Shown piece by piece: positions 37,677 to 50,338 of a stretch of 64,000 bases of DNA; position 1 is the stretch's first letter; each line of letters starts with the position of its first letter. The notes below the pieces were generated by a model that worked only from the letters and a program-made list of their open reading frames with translations, was not told where the DNA came from and did no database searches. The position numbers were made by a program, and so were the translations under genes. Source of the DNA: Camelus ferus (lineage: Eukaryota); assembly GCF_009834535.1 (NCBI RefSeq), contig NC_045697.1, positions 58,282,001-58,346,000 on the forward strand, read 5' to 3'.

Positions 37677-40600
37677 CCATGACAACACTCTGGGTCCCAA
37701 ATACCAGTGTCCACTCAGATCCTGCATCCAAGAGTCTTCTAAACATCTATTATTCCCCATCTCCTAGTGTATGATTACCCAAATAAGTGGTGATAAGTCC
37801 TTTTTTGGGGAGGGTGGGGTGGGTAAGGAGACCACTGCTGTTCAATCCATGATTTCTGGGTCTGAGAATTGGCTCACACCTAGGAACTAAGCAAGAGATT
37901 TTGACTTTCTAGTGGGGTAGGCGACCCCCACTTCTGTTTGCCCATTCTTTATCTCTAATTATATTTATTAAGCAGTGATCTATGGCCATTTATCTATTTT
38001 GGGCCAAGAACAAGATAAATCCCTTCATATCTACATAATAATGTTACTACATAATTAATGTTACTAAACTACATTCTTCATGTTATAATTTTAATTCAAT
38101 ATACTACTTGAAATTTTTAACATTAAATATATTTCTCGTTACTGTAAAAGAAATGAACATCTACTCTGTGTTAGGTACTGTACTAAGTATCGTGTTAACT
38201 TAGAGCTGGAAGTACTGCATTCAATTACTGCGGTGGTTTTGAAGAACCAGAGACAAATTCTCAGGCTGTCAGTTTTCCCAGTCTGTATTACAAACACAAA
38301 AATATTTGCCCTGTTACCTTCCTATTTTGAAGTTCAAAATTTAAATTATAATTATTTTGAAAAACATAAAAGCACTATGTAAATATCATTTACATAATTA
38401 TCTTCATCTAAGCAGATGTCTCAGGTGCATGCTGTTTTAGAATAAATATGTCTATGTATGTATATGTACATATATGTATACATACACGTATATATTCAGA
38501 GAGAGAACTTAATATATTAATGATAACATGAGTTGGAACATTAGAAGAATTTAGTCTACTGATAATTTCCTACTAATAACCATATTGTTAGCTCTTAAAA
38601 AAATGCTACCTTTTTTTTCCCCACTTTTTAACATTCACTTTACTATTCTGGTCCTCAAATAAGATTTTTTTTTTTAGTTTAAATTTAAAACTGGCCTTTC
38701 CAATACGACTCTTCTTGCTTCCAAAAAGTCCTCCTCGTAAAAGCTACAAAGGACTCTCACACTTCAAATAGTTCCCTCAGACATTTCGATAAGTGTAAAT
38801 GAATTTTTTAATCTTCTGGCAGATTCATAATGCCCCGCAGATGTGTCCCTGGCTAAGAAAATCACACAGACGTCTATAAGAGGAATGCTGTCCACCAGCA
38901 GCTGCTGTATTACTTCCAATGCCTAAAGTGACATTCTCAGCTGCCATTTCATTCTTCCTAGAGAGCTTTTATGTTGCAAACTTCAAGTTAGGAGAGCTTC
39001 TCTTATTATAGCAGCTCAGGAGCGACTTCCTTCTGACAAACTCCACTGCATTTGACTTGAGACTTGAATGAGAAAACAGTCATTGAGTCACTTTAGAGGA
39101 AACCTGTCAGGAAGGAAATTTGAGGAGAGAGACAGACTTGAGGGAAGGTGGTGGGAGGTAAGGCAGTGGAGAAGGGAACAGGAGAGGTTTATACAAAAGC
39201 ACTTGATTTAGGTGTTATAGGTTGCATATATTTTTCTACCCAGAAGCATCTGTGTTTCTAAGGAAATATTACTGGGGCATGGTCTTCAACAATACATTCT
39301 CTGGGGAACCTGAAAGGTAGATGGGAAATGGAAGAATTCAATCTAAAGGTTGCCCAGTGGTACAACTTGAAATTTATCCATGAATCATGTCCTCCCAAAA
39401 ATTCAGTTTACAATATTAGATTTTTTTTAAGTTAACTCAAAGCAATCTACAATACTACAGTGTAATTGTATGAACTCAAAGAACATAATCACATACAGCA
39501 AAACCTATCCTGAGCATGACATTTGCCATTTCATGTTACCTCTACGGTTATATCTTTAATGAGGCATGACTGAAAAAGGTAAATTTTACATGGTGTCCAG
39601 TTTCATTTTTTTTCTCTAAGCATCAGGCATTTTACTTCAGTGCTTTGCCTTTCAATTTCTTTTTCTCATTATAAAATGGACTCATTTTAAAGATTTCCTA
39701 GTTTAACAGGTATTCACTTCAGAGGGCTTTTCTGGAATAGATTTTCTAGCAAAAAGGTAATTTATCATATTGAGGACTGTCTCTCAAGATAAAAGGAAAT
39801 TGGTAGATAATAAACATTCTCAGTGCACCCTTAGTATTTGCAAGTGCAGACTTTAAAATAAGAGGGATGCTGTTTACACACATGGGGTGCGGTGCCTAAC
39901 ACATGTGGACATTAAGTCCAAACTATTTTTTGAAATCGGCTCTTTCTTGGCCCACTGTAGTAAAGCATCTGTAAAGTTTGAAACCTAGTAATGCTTTAAG
40001 ATAACCAGAAGTGCTACTTTGATTTTACAACATATACCTCTTCCAAATATATTCTATATTAAGAAGTTCTTACATGAAAACACACTTTCTGAATATATAT
40101 TTTATAAAAATCATTTAATGCAAGATCTATTTACTAAAACTTCCTATTTTTTCCCAAAATGTTCTTTTTTGTGTGAAAATTGACTTTATAACCAAGTTTT
40201 TAGGAATATATTCATTTTCAAGAAATGAAGGTAAAGGATTTCATCTGACCATGTAAGTTCATGGTAAAAATCTCATGTTACCACGAATCTTTCAGTGTTG
40301 AGGTCTTCACTGAGGGTAAATGCTACATTTCTTTGTATGTTTAAAGTGCCAAGTTATATTTTATAAACGTGCATTTAATGGGAGAATGGACAAAACATTT
40401 TACAAAAACGTTTTGATTGACTTCCTGAGCTTTCTCCACCATTCCGGTTGTGTGGGGAATGTGGCTTTGTGGAGGACCATGACACCATATACAGAACAGC
40501 CAAGGCCTCCCCAGAACGTCATCCACTCATGTGACATGCACTCATCAAGTACCTTCCAAGAGCCACACATTTATGTGACAGGAATTCAGCAGTTACCAGA

Positions 40601-40700
40601 AACAGTCTCTTCCTCATGGAACTTAATTTCATTGAGATTTTCTTAATGTAAACAAATATTTCAGATAGTGACAAGTGTTATAAAGAATATTAAGCAGAGA

Positions 40701-41187
40701 AATGTCCATCAACAAATGACTGGATAAAGATGCAGTATACATATACAATGGAATACTACTCAGCTATAAAAAAGAAAGTGCCATTTTTAGCAACATGAAT
40801 GGACCTAGAGATGATCATACTAAGTGAAATAAGTCAGAGAAAGAAGAATATATGATATCACTTATATGTGGAATCTAAAGAAATGGCACAAATGAACTTA
40901 TCTGCAAAACAGAAACAGACTCAAAAACATAGAAAATAAACTTATGGTTACCGGGGAGGAAGGGCGAGGGGAGGGATACATTAGGAGTTTGGGACTAGTA
41001 GACACAAGCTACTATATATAAAACAGATAAGCCACAAGGTCCTACTGTATAGCACAGGGAACTATATTCAATATTTTGTAATAAACTATAATGGACAAGA
41101 ATATTTAAAATATATATATATGAATCACTTTGCTGCACATCAGAAACTAACACAATATTGTAAATAAACTGTACTTCAAGTTAAAAA
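40701..41187 (+). mobile_element. 5'-truncated L1 (3' end of ORF2 plus 3'UTR) inserted into an L2
   Basis: aatgtccatcaacaaatgactggataaag...tacaatggaatactactcagc...cttatggttacc...gtacttcaa plus A-tail; TSD AATATTAAGCAG at 40686-40697 and 41188-41199. Confidence 0.92.
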
Positions 41188-42884
41188 AATATTAAGCAGT
41201 GAAAAGGGATAGAGACTGACTTAGAGGTACGGACTGTGAAGTGACTGTTAAATATCGTGGTCTGAGGCAGCCTCCCTGAGGAAGAAACATAGAACAGAGA
41301 ATAGAACTGGAAGAAGGAGCGATTGTGCAAAGTTCTGAAAAAGCACAGTGAGGGACAAGGAGGTGGCGGAAGACAACAGAAATTTAGACCAGATCAGCTG
41401 GACTCTAGTGAATCACGGTGTTCAGTTTTAGTTCATTTTAGGTGCAAAGGGAACACATTGAAGACTTTAAGCAAGAAAAGTATCATGATGAGATTAAAAT
41501 TCCTGAAAGATCACATTATTGAGAAAAACCATGAGCTTTCCAAGGGGTTGTGAGCAAGTTGATGTCAAGAATAACATCTAGAATCTTTATTTTTGCATCT
41601 CCATTGCCCAGTACTGTCTTAGACATCATGGTAATCACTCAATAAATGTGTGTTTAATTACTGATATCAAAGTAGTTATAAAAACAATACACAGAAGGTA
41701 ACCTTAAGTCTACTCCTGGTAGTGTTCTAGTTCTTTGGGGAAAGATTTAAACTCTTGGTCTGTTATTTTCTCACTGGGCAAATTATATTCTCTAGTCACC
41801 TACATTCTGTTTACCCAAGATTTCCCTTTCTGGGAGTAAAACTCCAGTAACAGGGCATTACCTCAGCCCACATAGTACAAAAGGTCCTCTCAGGGGCAAC
41901 CAGGCAGTTTCTTTATATTCACAGAAGCAGCAAGATTCGTAAGTATGATTTTCTAATCCTTTCACTCACAATCCAGAGGACTTGATATGCTCAATGTATA
42001 TTTTACTCAAAGGGACAAAAGAGTCATATATTATAAAGATTTCTAAAGAACTGAGCACATGTAAGACATAAGAAATAAAACCTACAAGCACTTCTCATAA
42101 GAATTATATAGTCAAAGACTTTATCTGAAGTAAAGGGTAATTTTATTCTGCAATGTATTATTCGACTAAATGTTTACAAACTTGGACCCAATTCCCGGTG
42201 AAACTGATAGCATCTATTTAGAAATGATACGTTTTTAGCACAGTCATTACACAGGCATTCTTTCTGCCTGGGGTGTTTTGCATGTGAGTTCCTTTTTCAT
42301 GCTTCACTCTCTTTCAATCACACTTCAGTTTCATTGTTTGAAGAATAAAGCTCTAATTCATTGCCACATACAATTTACGACACTGATGTTTGGGTGGACA
42401 TTTCCTCTCTTAAAATGCACACGCACACACTGCTGCAGAGTCTCCTGTCTTTGGAAAGCAATCTAGTAATAAGAGCTACCAGCTCAGTTATCAGTCAGAA
42501 ACTTGACAGCAGCAGCCTCAGCTGCCCTGAAGCATCCCCGTGTCACAGAGACAGCCCTTTTACTTTCTTCCTCTTGGTTAATTTGGTCGCGGGCTTCAGC
42601 TTTTCGCTTCATCCCAGTTGTCAGCTTATATACTATATCAGCATCTTTCAAGCTTCTCTTTGTATCATATAAGGTGAAAACAAAAATAAAAGTGATGACC
42701 TGATACTTGGGATTAAAAGTATAGAAAACTCTCCAGTGTAGAAAATTATAGACACAGCAGAAGAAAATATTGAAGTCAGCAAAATAATATAATTAAAGAA
42801 AACTTATAATTTTGGAATAATTACCCTGCCATTCATCCCTAACCTATCAAAAACTGTTCTGTGTTAGCAGAGATTCTGTAACCT

Positions 42885-43725
42885 AATCATTCATTCAGTA
42901 ACTCCATCCTGTTGAAGGCCAACCGTGTGCCAGGCTCAACACTAGTGCTGGCACTGGAGCAGTGAGTAGGACAGGACTGCTCTTTGTCAAGGAGCTTCTA
43001 TTTTAGTAGTACATACACTGGTAAAACATGTAATTCTAATGTAATGAGAGAACTATTATCATGGGAGAAGAATGGATTAATTAAATACCATAGAAGTTTG
43101 GAGTGGTACCTTAAAAGAGTATCTGACCCAGATTTGAACGTCAATAAAGGCTTCCTGGCCAAAGTGGTATCTAAACTAAGACTTTAAATACAAACAAGAT
43201 TCTTGGCAGAAAGGGCTCCAGGCTAAAATTTCCTCATGTACAAAGTACCAGAGGCAAGAGGAAACATGATCTTTATCAAGAAATGCAAGCTTATTCTGGC
43301 TAAAGCATAGAAAGCTCTTAAGAGGTGAGCATGAAAAGAAAAGAGTGGAGGAGACAGGGGACGAGGGTACAGAAGTAGGCAAGAAGCTTATTCAATCATG
43401 CAGGGAATTTCACTGAGTCCTGTGGTTGAGCGGAAGCACTGAAGAGTCTATGCAAAGATCACTCTGGATGTTGAATTTGGAACAAATTGGAAGGATTTAA
43501 AATTGGGAGAATGGCAGAAATACTAATTAGGAAATTTCTATAGTAATCCAACCAAGATATAAGTTAACATAGTCATACTGAGACTGGAGAAAAGTTGATG
43601 ATCTTCAGGAGAGTACACAGATCTCATCCTCCCAGGCAACTCATTAAATATCAGGGGAGTGAAGAATAATGAATGGTTCCCAGATTCTTGACTTGAACAA
43701 GTGTTGCCATTCTGGATGAGTAACA
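42885..43725 (-). mobile_element. L2 LINE fragment
   Basis: cattcattcag...tgtgccaggc...caaggagcttctattttagt...aagatcactctgg...cagattcttgacttgaacaa. Confidence 0.75.
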
Positions 43726-43843
43726 CAAGCAGCCAGTAAATATCAGCCAAAGCATCTTCTCATAGCATATACGATTTTCCTAGTTACTCAGCGTACTTTT
43801 TAGAGCTTCTTATTGTTCAGCAAATCTAAACCCCATAACTGTC

Positions 43844-44193
43844 TATTTTGGACTAAACTGTGTCCCCTCAAATTCACGTGTTGCAGCCCTAATCCTCAAC
43901 GTGACTGTATTTAGAGATAGGCCTTTTAAAGAGGGAATTACAGTTAAATGGGGTCATAGGGTTCATTATGACTGGTGTCCTTATAAAAACAGGAGAGAGA
44001 CACCAGGGAAAAGGCCTTGTGAGGACACTGCGAGAAGACAACAAGCCAAGAAAAGAAGGGCTTATGAGAAACCAAAACTTCTGCCATCCTGGTCTTGGAC
44101 TTCCATCCTCCAGAACTGTAGGAAAATGAGTATCTGCTGTTTAAGCCACCCAGTCTGTGTCCTTTGTTACAGCAGACCTAGCAAACTAATACA
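43844..44193 (+). mobile_element. MaLR solo LTR (MLT1A-like)
   Basis: ggactaaactgtgtcccctcaaattcacgtgttg...tcttggacttccatcctccagaactgt...ctgtttaagccacccagtct...gcaaactaataca. Confidence 0.9.
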
Positions 44194-45939
44194 CGCCCCA
44201 AATGAGCATTCATCTCAAGAGCAAATTCACCATATACATACAGAGTGTGTATCATATTTATCAGAGATCATGTTACAGTCCAGGTGACATACACATGTTA
44301 AAAACATACCTGTTAAAGAAGAATAGCAAATACTATGTTGTAAAAAAATATTCTTTCTCAGTTAAGGCCATTGCATGTAATATCAGCCATTCAGGCCAAT
44401 GGAAAATTCCCCCAAGAAACAAATCACAAGTAATTAGGTTACTGAACACAGTAAAATCTTTCAATTAATGATCTCATACAGTGGTTATAACATGGGTTGT
44501 TGTGAAGATGGGGCTCCCTACCCCCTGGTCTCTATCAGCCCGTAGTTACCCCAACATAGCTATACTCTAAGGAAAATAATGGGCTTCCTAAATAAACACA
44601 GCTACAAGGTGAGCCCACTAACCAGATTTCTGAGCCTAAGATTCTACCTAATAAAACTTCTAGTACCACTGTGAATCTCCTGCAGGCTTTTAAATTTTTC
44701 TTAGTTTCCTGGTAGCTGTAGCAGTTTCAATACCTTGGGGTTTCTGAAAATAAACAAATGGTCCAGAATTTTATCAAACATTCATACTATTCTCCAGTGT
44801 GCTGAAATAATTTACACTAATGATTTCTACCTTCACAAATTTATAATAACTTATATGGGATTAAAGCTCACATATTAGAATTTTTTCAGAGTTATATACT
44901 GTAGGATATTCTACAATACTTTTACTAAAATCAAGTAACAGTAACAAAAGTTATTTCAAATCAGAAGCACTGAATTTACAAATAGATTCTCTCCAAGAAT
45001 ATTTTAAAAATAAGAATGTGGCTATTTAGTAAAATTTGAAGAAGGTGACTAAAATGCATTGCCATATCAAATCCTCAAAAATTTTAGGGTTATAGTATAA
45101 TAAATGGAAATAGAATAACAATGGAAAAAACTACTCTCTCTGTATTCCTACAATGCATTTTACCACTTTTAGAATATTTTCCATGTTTTATTTTTAATAC
45201 AGTTATTTGTAATTGTCTTGTTTTCACTAATACATAATGGTAACTTTAAAACGTTACCTTATATTGTTTGGATTCCTACATAGTATCATTCAAAATGGCT
45301 CATGCACAATAAATACTTCTGGATTGAATGAAACCAAATATACTCAGATATATATACTCACTGAAAATCAAAAGATTTTCTGTATAAAGCATGATAATTT
45401 CAGAGAGACTACAGAAACATACTTAGTATTCTTCCTGACAGTTCAAAAATGAACCACGAACTCCAACTAGTCTTCATCATTGATGTAAATCTTATCAGAT
45501 AGCTGCTACTGAGAAAGAAACTAAGCTTAAACTACATTGAAGAAAAAATCCACAAGGAGTATTTATTCTTTTTTTAATTATTAACATCAAAGGGCAAATT
45601 CAGTGGCATTAATCCAGCTTGAAAGAAGGCACAGAACCTTTGGAAAAGACAGTTTCACAGGGATCAATTTATAAAACCAATGCAACTGAAAATGTAATAA
45701 CATTCAAAAAGTCTAAAGCAAAAATGGTCAAAAGCTGCTGGCATTAAATAATCTATCATTTTTCGAAATTAGTGGTTCAAGAGGCTCATAGAAAATAAAT
45801 TCAGCCTCCAACCTATAGTTCAGTGGTGGTAGGAATTTCTATTCTCTTCTATACCACATCATATTAGCATCCCTCTATACAAGGTCTATACAGGATCCTT
45901 CCCCATGTCTAATCCACTAAGGGGTTTGGCGGATGTGCC

Positions 45940-45966
45940 TGTGTGTGTGTGTGTGTGTGTGTGTGT
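45940..45966. repeat. (TG)n microsatellite
   Basis: Visible directly. Confidence 0.95.
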
Positions 45967-46965
45967 ACAAAATGGTGGTGGAAATAAAAATGGGTCACAA
46001 GGCAAAAAGATAAAGATGCGAAACTTATTTTACTGTTAATGTGACAGTTGTCTGACATGTTCAAAATATTCAAAATACTATATTTATAGATGTTTAATAT
46101 GCAAATCATAATATAAACAGCATGTCAATCAACTTACGACTTATCCGGTTGATGGAATTTAATCCTAAAATACAGAGCAGACTCTCAAATATTGTCCCTG
46201 ACACATCCAGATGCCAGGTTTCTGTGGTCCCGCATATTCAGTTAGAGGGAGATGACATAAAATAGAGAAAGAGCTGGGGCTTGCATGAAATGGAGCACAA
46301 GAAGGGTAACAAATGAGGTTAATGAGAGCAACTCACAGACCCAAGCCACAGAGAAGCTTGAGGGATTTTCATTAAAGAGAAAGGACTATATCGACATTGA
46401 GTTTATTACTATGAAGAAGTGTGTAAAAAAGTGTTTCGAGGGGCCAGGAGAACAGAAAGCAAAATCAAAGTTATAGAACTAGGAGACAGCTCATGGGCAG
46501 CCAGCCACTCTACAGATTATATGGACTTTTAAATACCAAATTCTTCCTGTTCCCACCAATCTGGACAGACATCTTCTATAACCATTTTAACTTGCAGACT
46601 ACTTCTTGTAGCAATTCACAGAAGCTTTACACTGATGTAAAATGAATTTGTGGTTTTATTTCTAAAATGAGCAGGCTATTGGAACAACCAGTTGACAGGC
46701 CCTTATCAACATTCACTCTTATTGTTACAATTGGATATTACACAATGCATAAGATCTTCCAACATCTAAATGCATCATATTTATTTGTCTTTTATGCATA
46801 TTAGTAGCTCACAAGAACAGTGCCACACAAGCAAATGACAACAGGTAACACTTTCAATGCCAGCAGTTAGCGTGCTAAAATAGTGTTACAGATAGCTGAT
46901 TAACCATCACATGAGTATCTAGGATAAGTCAGCAGAATACATTCATGTAAAAAACTAACATGTTG

Positions 46966-47060
46966 GGGGTGGGTATAGCTCAGTGGTAGAACACATGCTG
47001 AGCACACATGAGGTCCTGGGGTCAATTCCCAGTACCTCCATTAAAAAGATAATAATAATA
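46966..47060 (+). mobile_element. Short tRNA-derived camelid SINE (Vic-1-like)
   Basis: ggggtgggtatagctcagtggtaga...gaggtcctggggtcaattcccagtacctcca plus A-rich tail; pol III A- and B-box-like motifs. Confidence 0.85.
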
Positions 47061-47599
47061 GCATGGCAATGGTGTTCTCTTCCTGCTCTTGTATATATGT
47101 TCAATTTAGTATTGGAGGGATGAATATTGCATTCTCTAATTCCACTGTGGGTTTTTTTAGAAATCCATCAAAAACATGACCTAAAGAAACCAAAATGCAT
47201 CCTTAGTTTCTAAAATGAAGATATTTTAATAGGTTGCAATCCTTGAGCTACAAAAGTTCTTTAAGTTGCCATCACACAGCTGTACAATTGGCATAGATTC
47301 TTCTCAATGAAATGTGACACCATCACAAATGTAAGAGTTTAAGGGTTTGTCTTGAACAGAGAGTAGGTGTTAGAATCACAATGGTACAACATTTCCGCTA
47401 AGCAGCATGATGCTTTTCCTTCTTGAAAACAAACCAGGTGATAATTTGAAAATTTTGCACCTATCTTGGCATCTGCAATATTTGTCACAAAGTTTAAACA
47501 ACAATATGCTCTTAGTTTGTATCTCTCTAGCTGGCATGGGGATGCTTGTCTTTGTGATGCTTCCTACGTCAGTAACAAAATCAATACAAGATCTAGTAC

Positions 47600-47657
47600 A
47601 TACACACAGAAACACACACACACACACACATACATACACACGACACACAATACATAC
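47600..47657. repeat. (CA)n-rich microsatellite
   Basis: Visible directly. Confidence 0.9.
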
Positions 47658-48290
47658 AAAGGAATATTTTTGTTTTCTTCAGTAGATGCTAACTTTCCAT
47701 TGCTTTCACTGTTTAATTGGATTTTCCCCATAGATTCACAAAGGAGGTTCACAGCATCTATCAAATGTTTGAAAATGATTCAGAATATTTTTCTTCACAA
47801 GAAAATTCTGCACTTGAGATTTGTTTCCTAAATAATTGTCACTTGAGTTTTACTTCAGAGGTGTGGACATTTTTTCCAAATTTATTGTTTTTAAATAAAG
47901 AGAGAACATTTGGATTTTATGTGAGTAATAGGGTGTGCCACTACAATTTCAACTCTAGAATGGATAGAAGGCATACATTTTTATTCTTTTATTCCTTTCA
48001 TTCTGATAGCATAATATACAATGTTGCTATTTTGTTAGATAATATGTCCAGCTGTAGTATCAACACATTAAATCAAAAGCTGTACAATTTCTGTGATTCC
48101 TTTAACAAATTAAAATTTTTTGAACTCACTATTTCCTGCTTCCCTCAGCGCAAAATTTCTTTGCTGACTTTAAAGTAAGAATTCGCCTATCAACCCAAAT
48201 GCACCTCCCATTACTCTCCAATACCCACTGCTGCCTTAGCTAAGTAACTTTACTTTGCATTCACTAAAATAAGTTCTCTTCAAAAGAAAG

Positions 48291-48799
48291 CGTTAAGCCC
48301 GTCTGCTCTCACCTGGGACAAGCCTGGTAGGCACGGAGGCAGGGGCCCAGCCGCCGGGCCGCCCCCTCGGCCGGGCTGGTGCATGATCTTCCGGGAGTCG
48401 AGAGAGCACCTCCGGTGTCAGGCCACCGGCCTCCTCACTGAGGAGCGCGCCGCGAAGCCGACTTCTTGAAGGGGAAAGGAGGCAGGGGTGAGGGACTAGG
48501 GGGAGGGAAAGGGAGGTGTTGCGCGCTTGCGCACTGCGGCGGGTTCCAGGAAGGCGATGAGGCACTGGTTCTGCAGTAAGTGCGCCTGCGCTCCCCGGAC
48601 TGGAGGCTGCCTCAGAGCGCTTGCGCAGTAAGTTAGCGGCCTCGAGCTCTGCTTACTTGTAGCGCTTGTGTAAAAGGGAGCGAAGATGGGGCTGAAAGCA
48701 AGAGTGAGGGGTGGAATTGAAATAATGACAATCACGTTTCTCAGTAACTCTTGTGATAAAAATAAATACTTTATTGCTCTGGTAAAAAAAAAAAAAAAA
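48291..48799 (+). pseudogene. Processed (polyadenylated) retrocopy of a CpG-island/promoter-derived transcript; parent unidentified
   Basis: Abrupt GC/CpG-rich block; AATAAA at 48761-48766; A16 tract at 48784-48799; AAAAGAAAG direct repeats at 48282-48290 and 48796-48804. Confidence 0.75.
48380..48630. promoter_or_regulatory. Housekeeping-type promoter motifs inside the retrocopy: three NRF1-like sites, an ETS core and a G-rich tract
   Basis: GCGCTTGCGCA at 48523-48533 and 48617-48627; TGCGCCTGCGC at 48581-48591; CTTCCGG at 48388-48394; G-runs at 48470-48516. Activity not shown. Confidence 0.55.
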
Positions 48800-48804
48800 G
48801 AAAG

Positions 48805-48933
48805 AAAGTATTAATTTGAAAAGATACATTCACCCCAATGTCCATAGCAGCGATATTTACAATAGCTGAGATATGGAAGCAACCTAAGTGTCCATCAACA
48901 GATGACTGGATAAATAAGGTATGATGTAATATA

Positions 48934-48976
<43 letters not shown>

Positions 48977-49406
48977 AGAGAGAGAGAGAATATTACTCAG
49001 CCATAAAAAAAATGAAATTTTGCCATTTGCAACAATATGGATGGGCCTACAGAGTATTAAGCTTAGTAAAGTAAGTCAGACAGAGAAAGACAAATACTGT
49101 ATGTTTTCACTTATATGTAGAACCTAAAAAAAAAAAAGAGTATAATAAAACAGAACAGACTCACATATACAGAGAACAAGCTAGAGGTTACCAGTGGGGA
49201 GATGGGGAGGCGGAGGGTAAGAGGTACAAAGTACTAGCTATAAAATAAACAAGACACAAGGATGTAATGGATATCACAGGGAATATAACCAATATTTTAT
49301 AATACTTTAAATGGAGTATGCTCTATAATAATATTGAATCACTCTGTTACATACCTGAAACTAATGTAACACTGTAAATAACTATACTTCAATTAAAATA
49401 ATAATA
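48805..49406 (+). mobile_element. 5'-truncated L1 3' end with internal (TG)n
   Basis: gaaaagatacattcaccccaatg...atggaagcaacctaagtgtccatcaacagatgactggata...tatacttcaattaaaa; outer TSD AAAATAAG(T/C)TCTCTTC at 48266-48281 and 49407-49422. Confidence 0.92.
48937..48975. repeat. (GT)n microsatellite within the L1
   Basis: About 19 GT units, followed by (GA)n. Confidence 0.95.
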
Positions 49407-50190
49407 AAAATAAGCTCTCTTCCACCTCTGATTTTGACTAGCATTCCACTTCACTTTTTGAATGTCAGAACTACCTTCTCAAAGGACACAAACATCACTC
49501 CTTTGATAACCCACATGTGTAAGTGATACGCTTTTTCAAAGAGGAGTGAATAAGCAAATCAAGAAATATTATTAATAATAAATATTATAATTCTCTAATC
49601 TTTTTTAAGTTACATGATTATAGAAAGATTAAAACAAATGTATAAGCTCAAAACTTCTTAAAGAAAAAGCTTAATACAAAAACATTGCTTGCATTTAACT
49701 GTGTACTAATATAATATTAGAAATTATGAAAACACAGATAATTTAGCTTTAAACAAAGCATCGGGTAAGATGTAAATGCAGATATGTGCCTGTGTATCAG
49801 TTGTCATCATGCTAATTTAAGTTGATAGCTGCTCTGGGCTCAGTTGCTCCCTTTTAACTTTAGTCCAGCATACCCAAGGCAGACTAGGAATGAAGTCCTG
49901 TCTCTCAGAGAGCTTGGGCTCATTAGGCTTCAGAATTCCTCAACACGTTTATTTACCCTGACCAGAATTCTCAGGAGATTTCCTAAGGGCAATTTTGCAG
50001 AACATTTGATTACAGAGTGTCCCTTCTTTTGATCTAACTTCTCCCCTTCCTAGGAAGAAAGATGTGAACTTGGATAACTGGTAGGGTTGCCAGACAGGAG
50101 GAGGTCATACAGAAATGGAATGGGTGAGAAGGAGCTTGCAGGAACTAAGTGGAAACAAGTGGTTAAGTGCCTTGCAGTGAGAGTACCAAG

Positions 50191-50338
50191 TTTCTTTCTT
50201 TTCTTTTTTTTTCCTTTTAAATTAAAGTATAGTCAATTTACAATGTTGTGTTAACTTCTGGTGGACAGTGTAGTCCACCAGAAATTTCATATTCCTTTTC
50301 ATATTCTTTTATATTATAAGCTATTACAAGGTATTGAA
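50191..50338 (-). mobile_element. Short L1 3' end fragment
   Basis: ttaaagtatagtcaatttacaatgttgtgtta...ctattacaaggtattgaa; near-TSD GAGAGTACCAAG (50179-50190) / GAGAGTTTCAAG (50339-50350). Confidence 0.85.

Noticed and set aside
38031..38066. Short tandem duplication (ctacataat(t)aatgtta x2)
   Set aside because: Ordinary replication slippage in AT-rich DNA; not an array.
43901..44287. 128-aa ORF
   Set aside because: Lies mostly within an MLT1A LTR; a typical spurious repeat translation.
46966..47040. tRNA-like sequence (tagctcagtggtaga...ggtcaattccc)
   Set aside because: It is the head of a tRNA-derived SINE with an A-rich tail, not a tRNA gene.
47376..48178. Cluster of overlapping ORFs of 66-153 aa
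   Set aside because: Explained by stop-free (CA)n/(TG)n repeat and AT-rich chance frames; no protein family recognised.
48293..48735. Two minus-strand ORFs (90 and 79 aa) in the GC-rich block
   Set aside because: Non-ATG starts; long open frames are expected in GC-rich DNA. The block is better explained as promoter/first-exon sequence.
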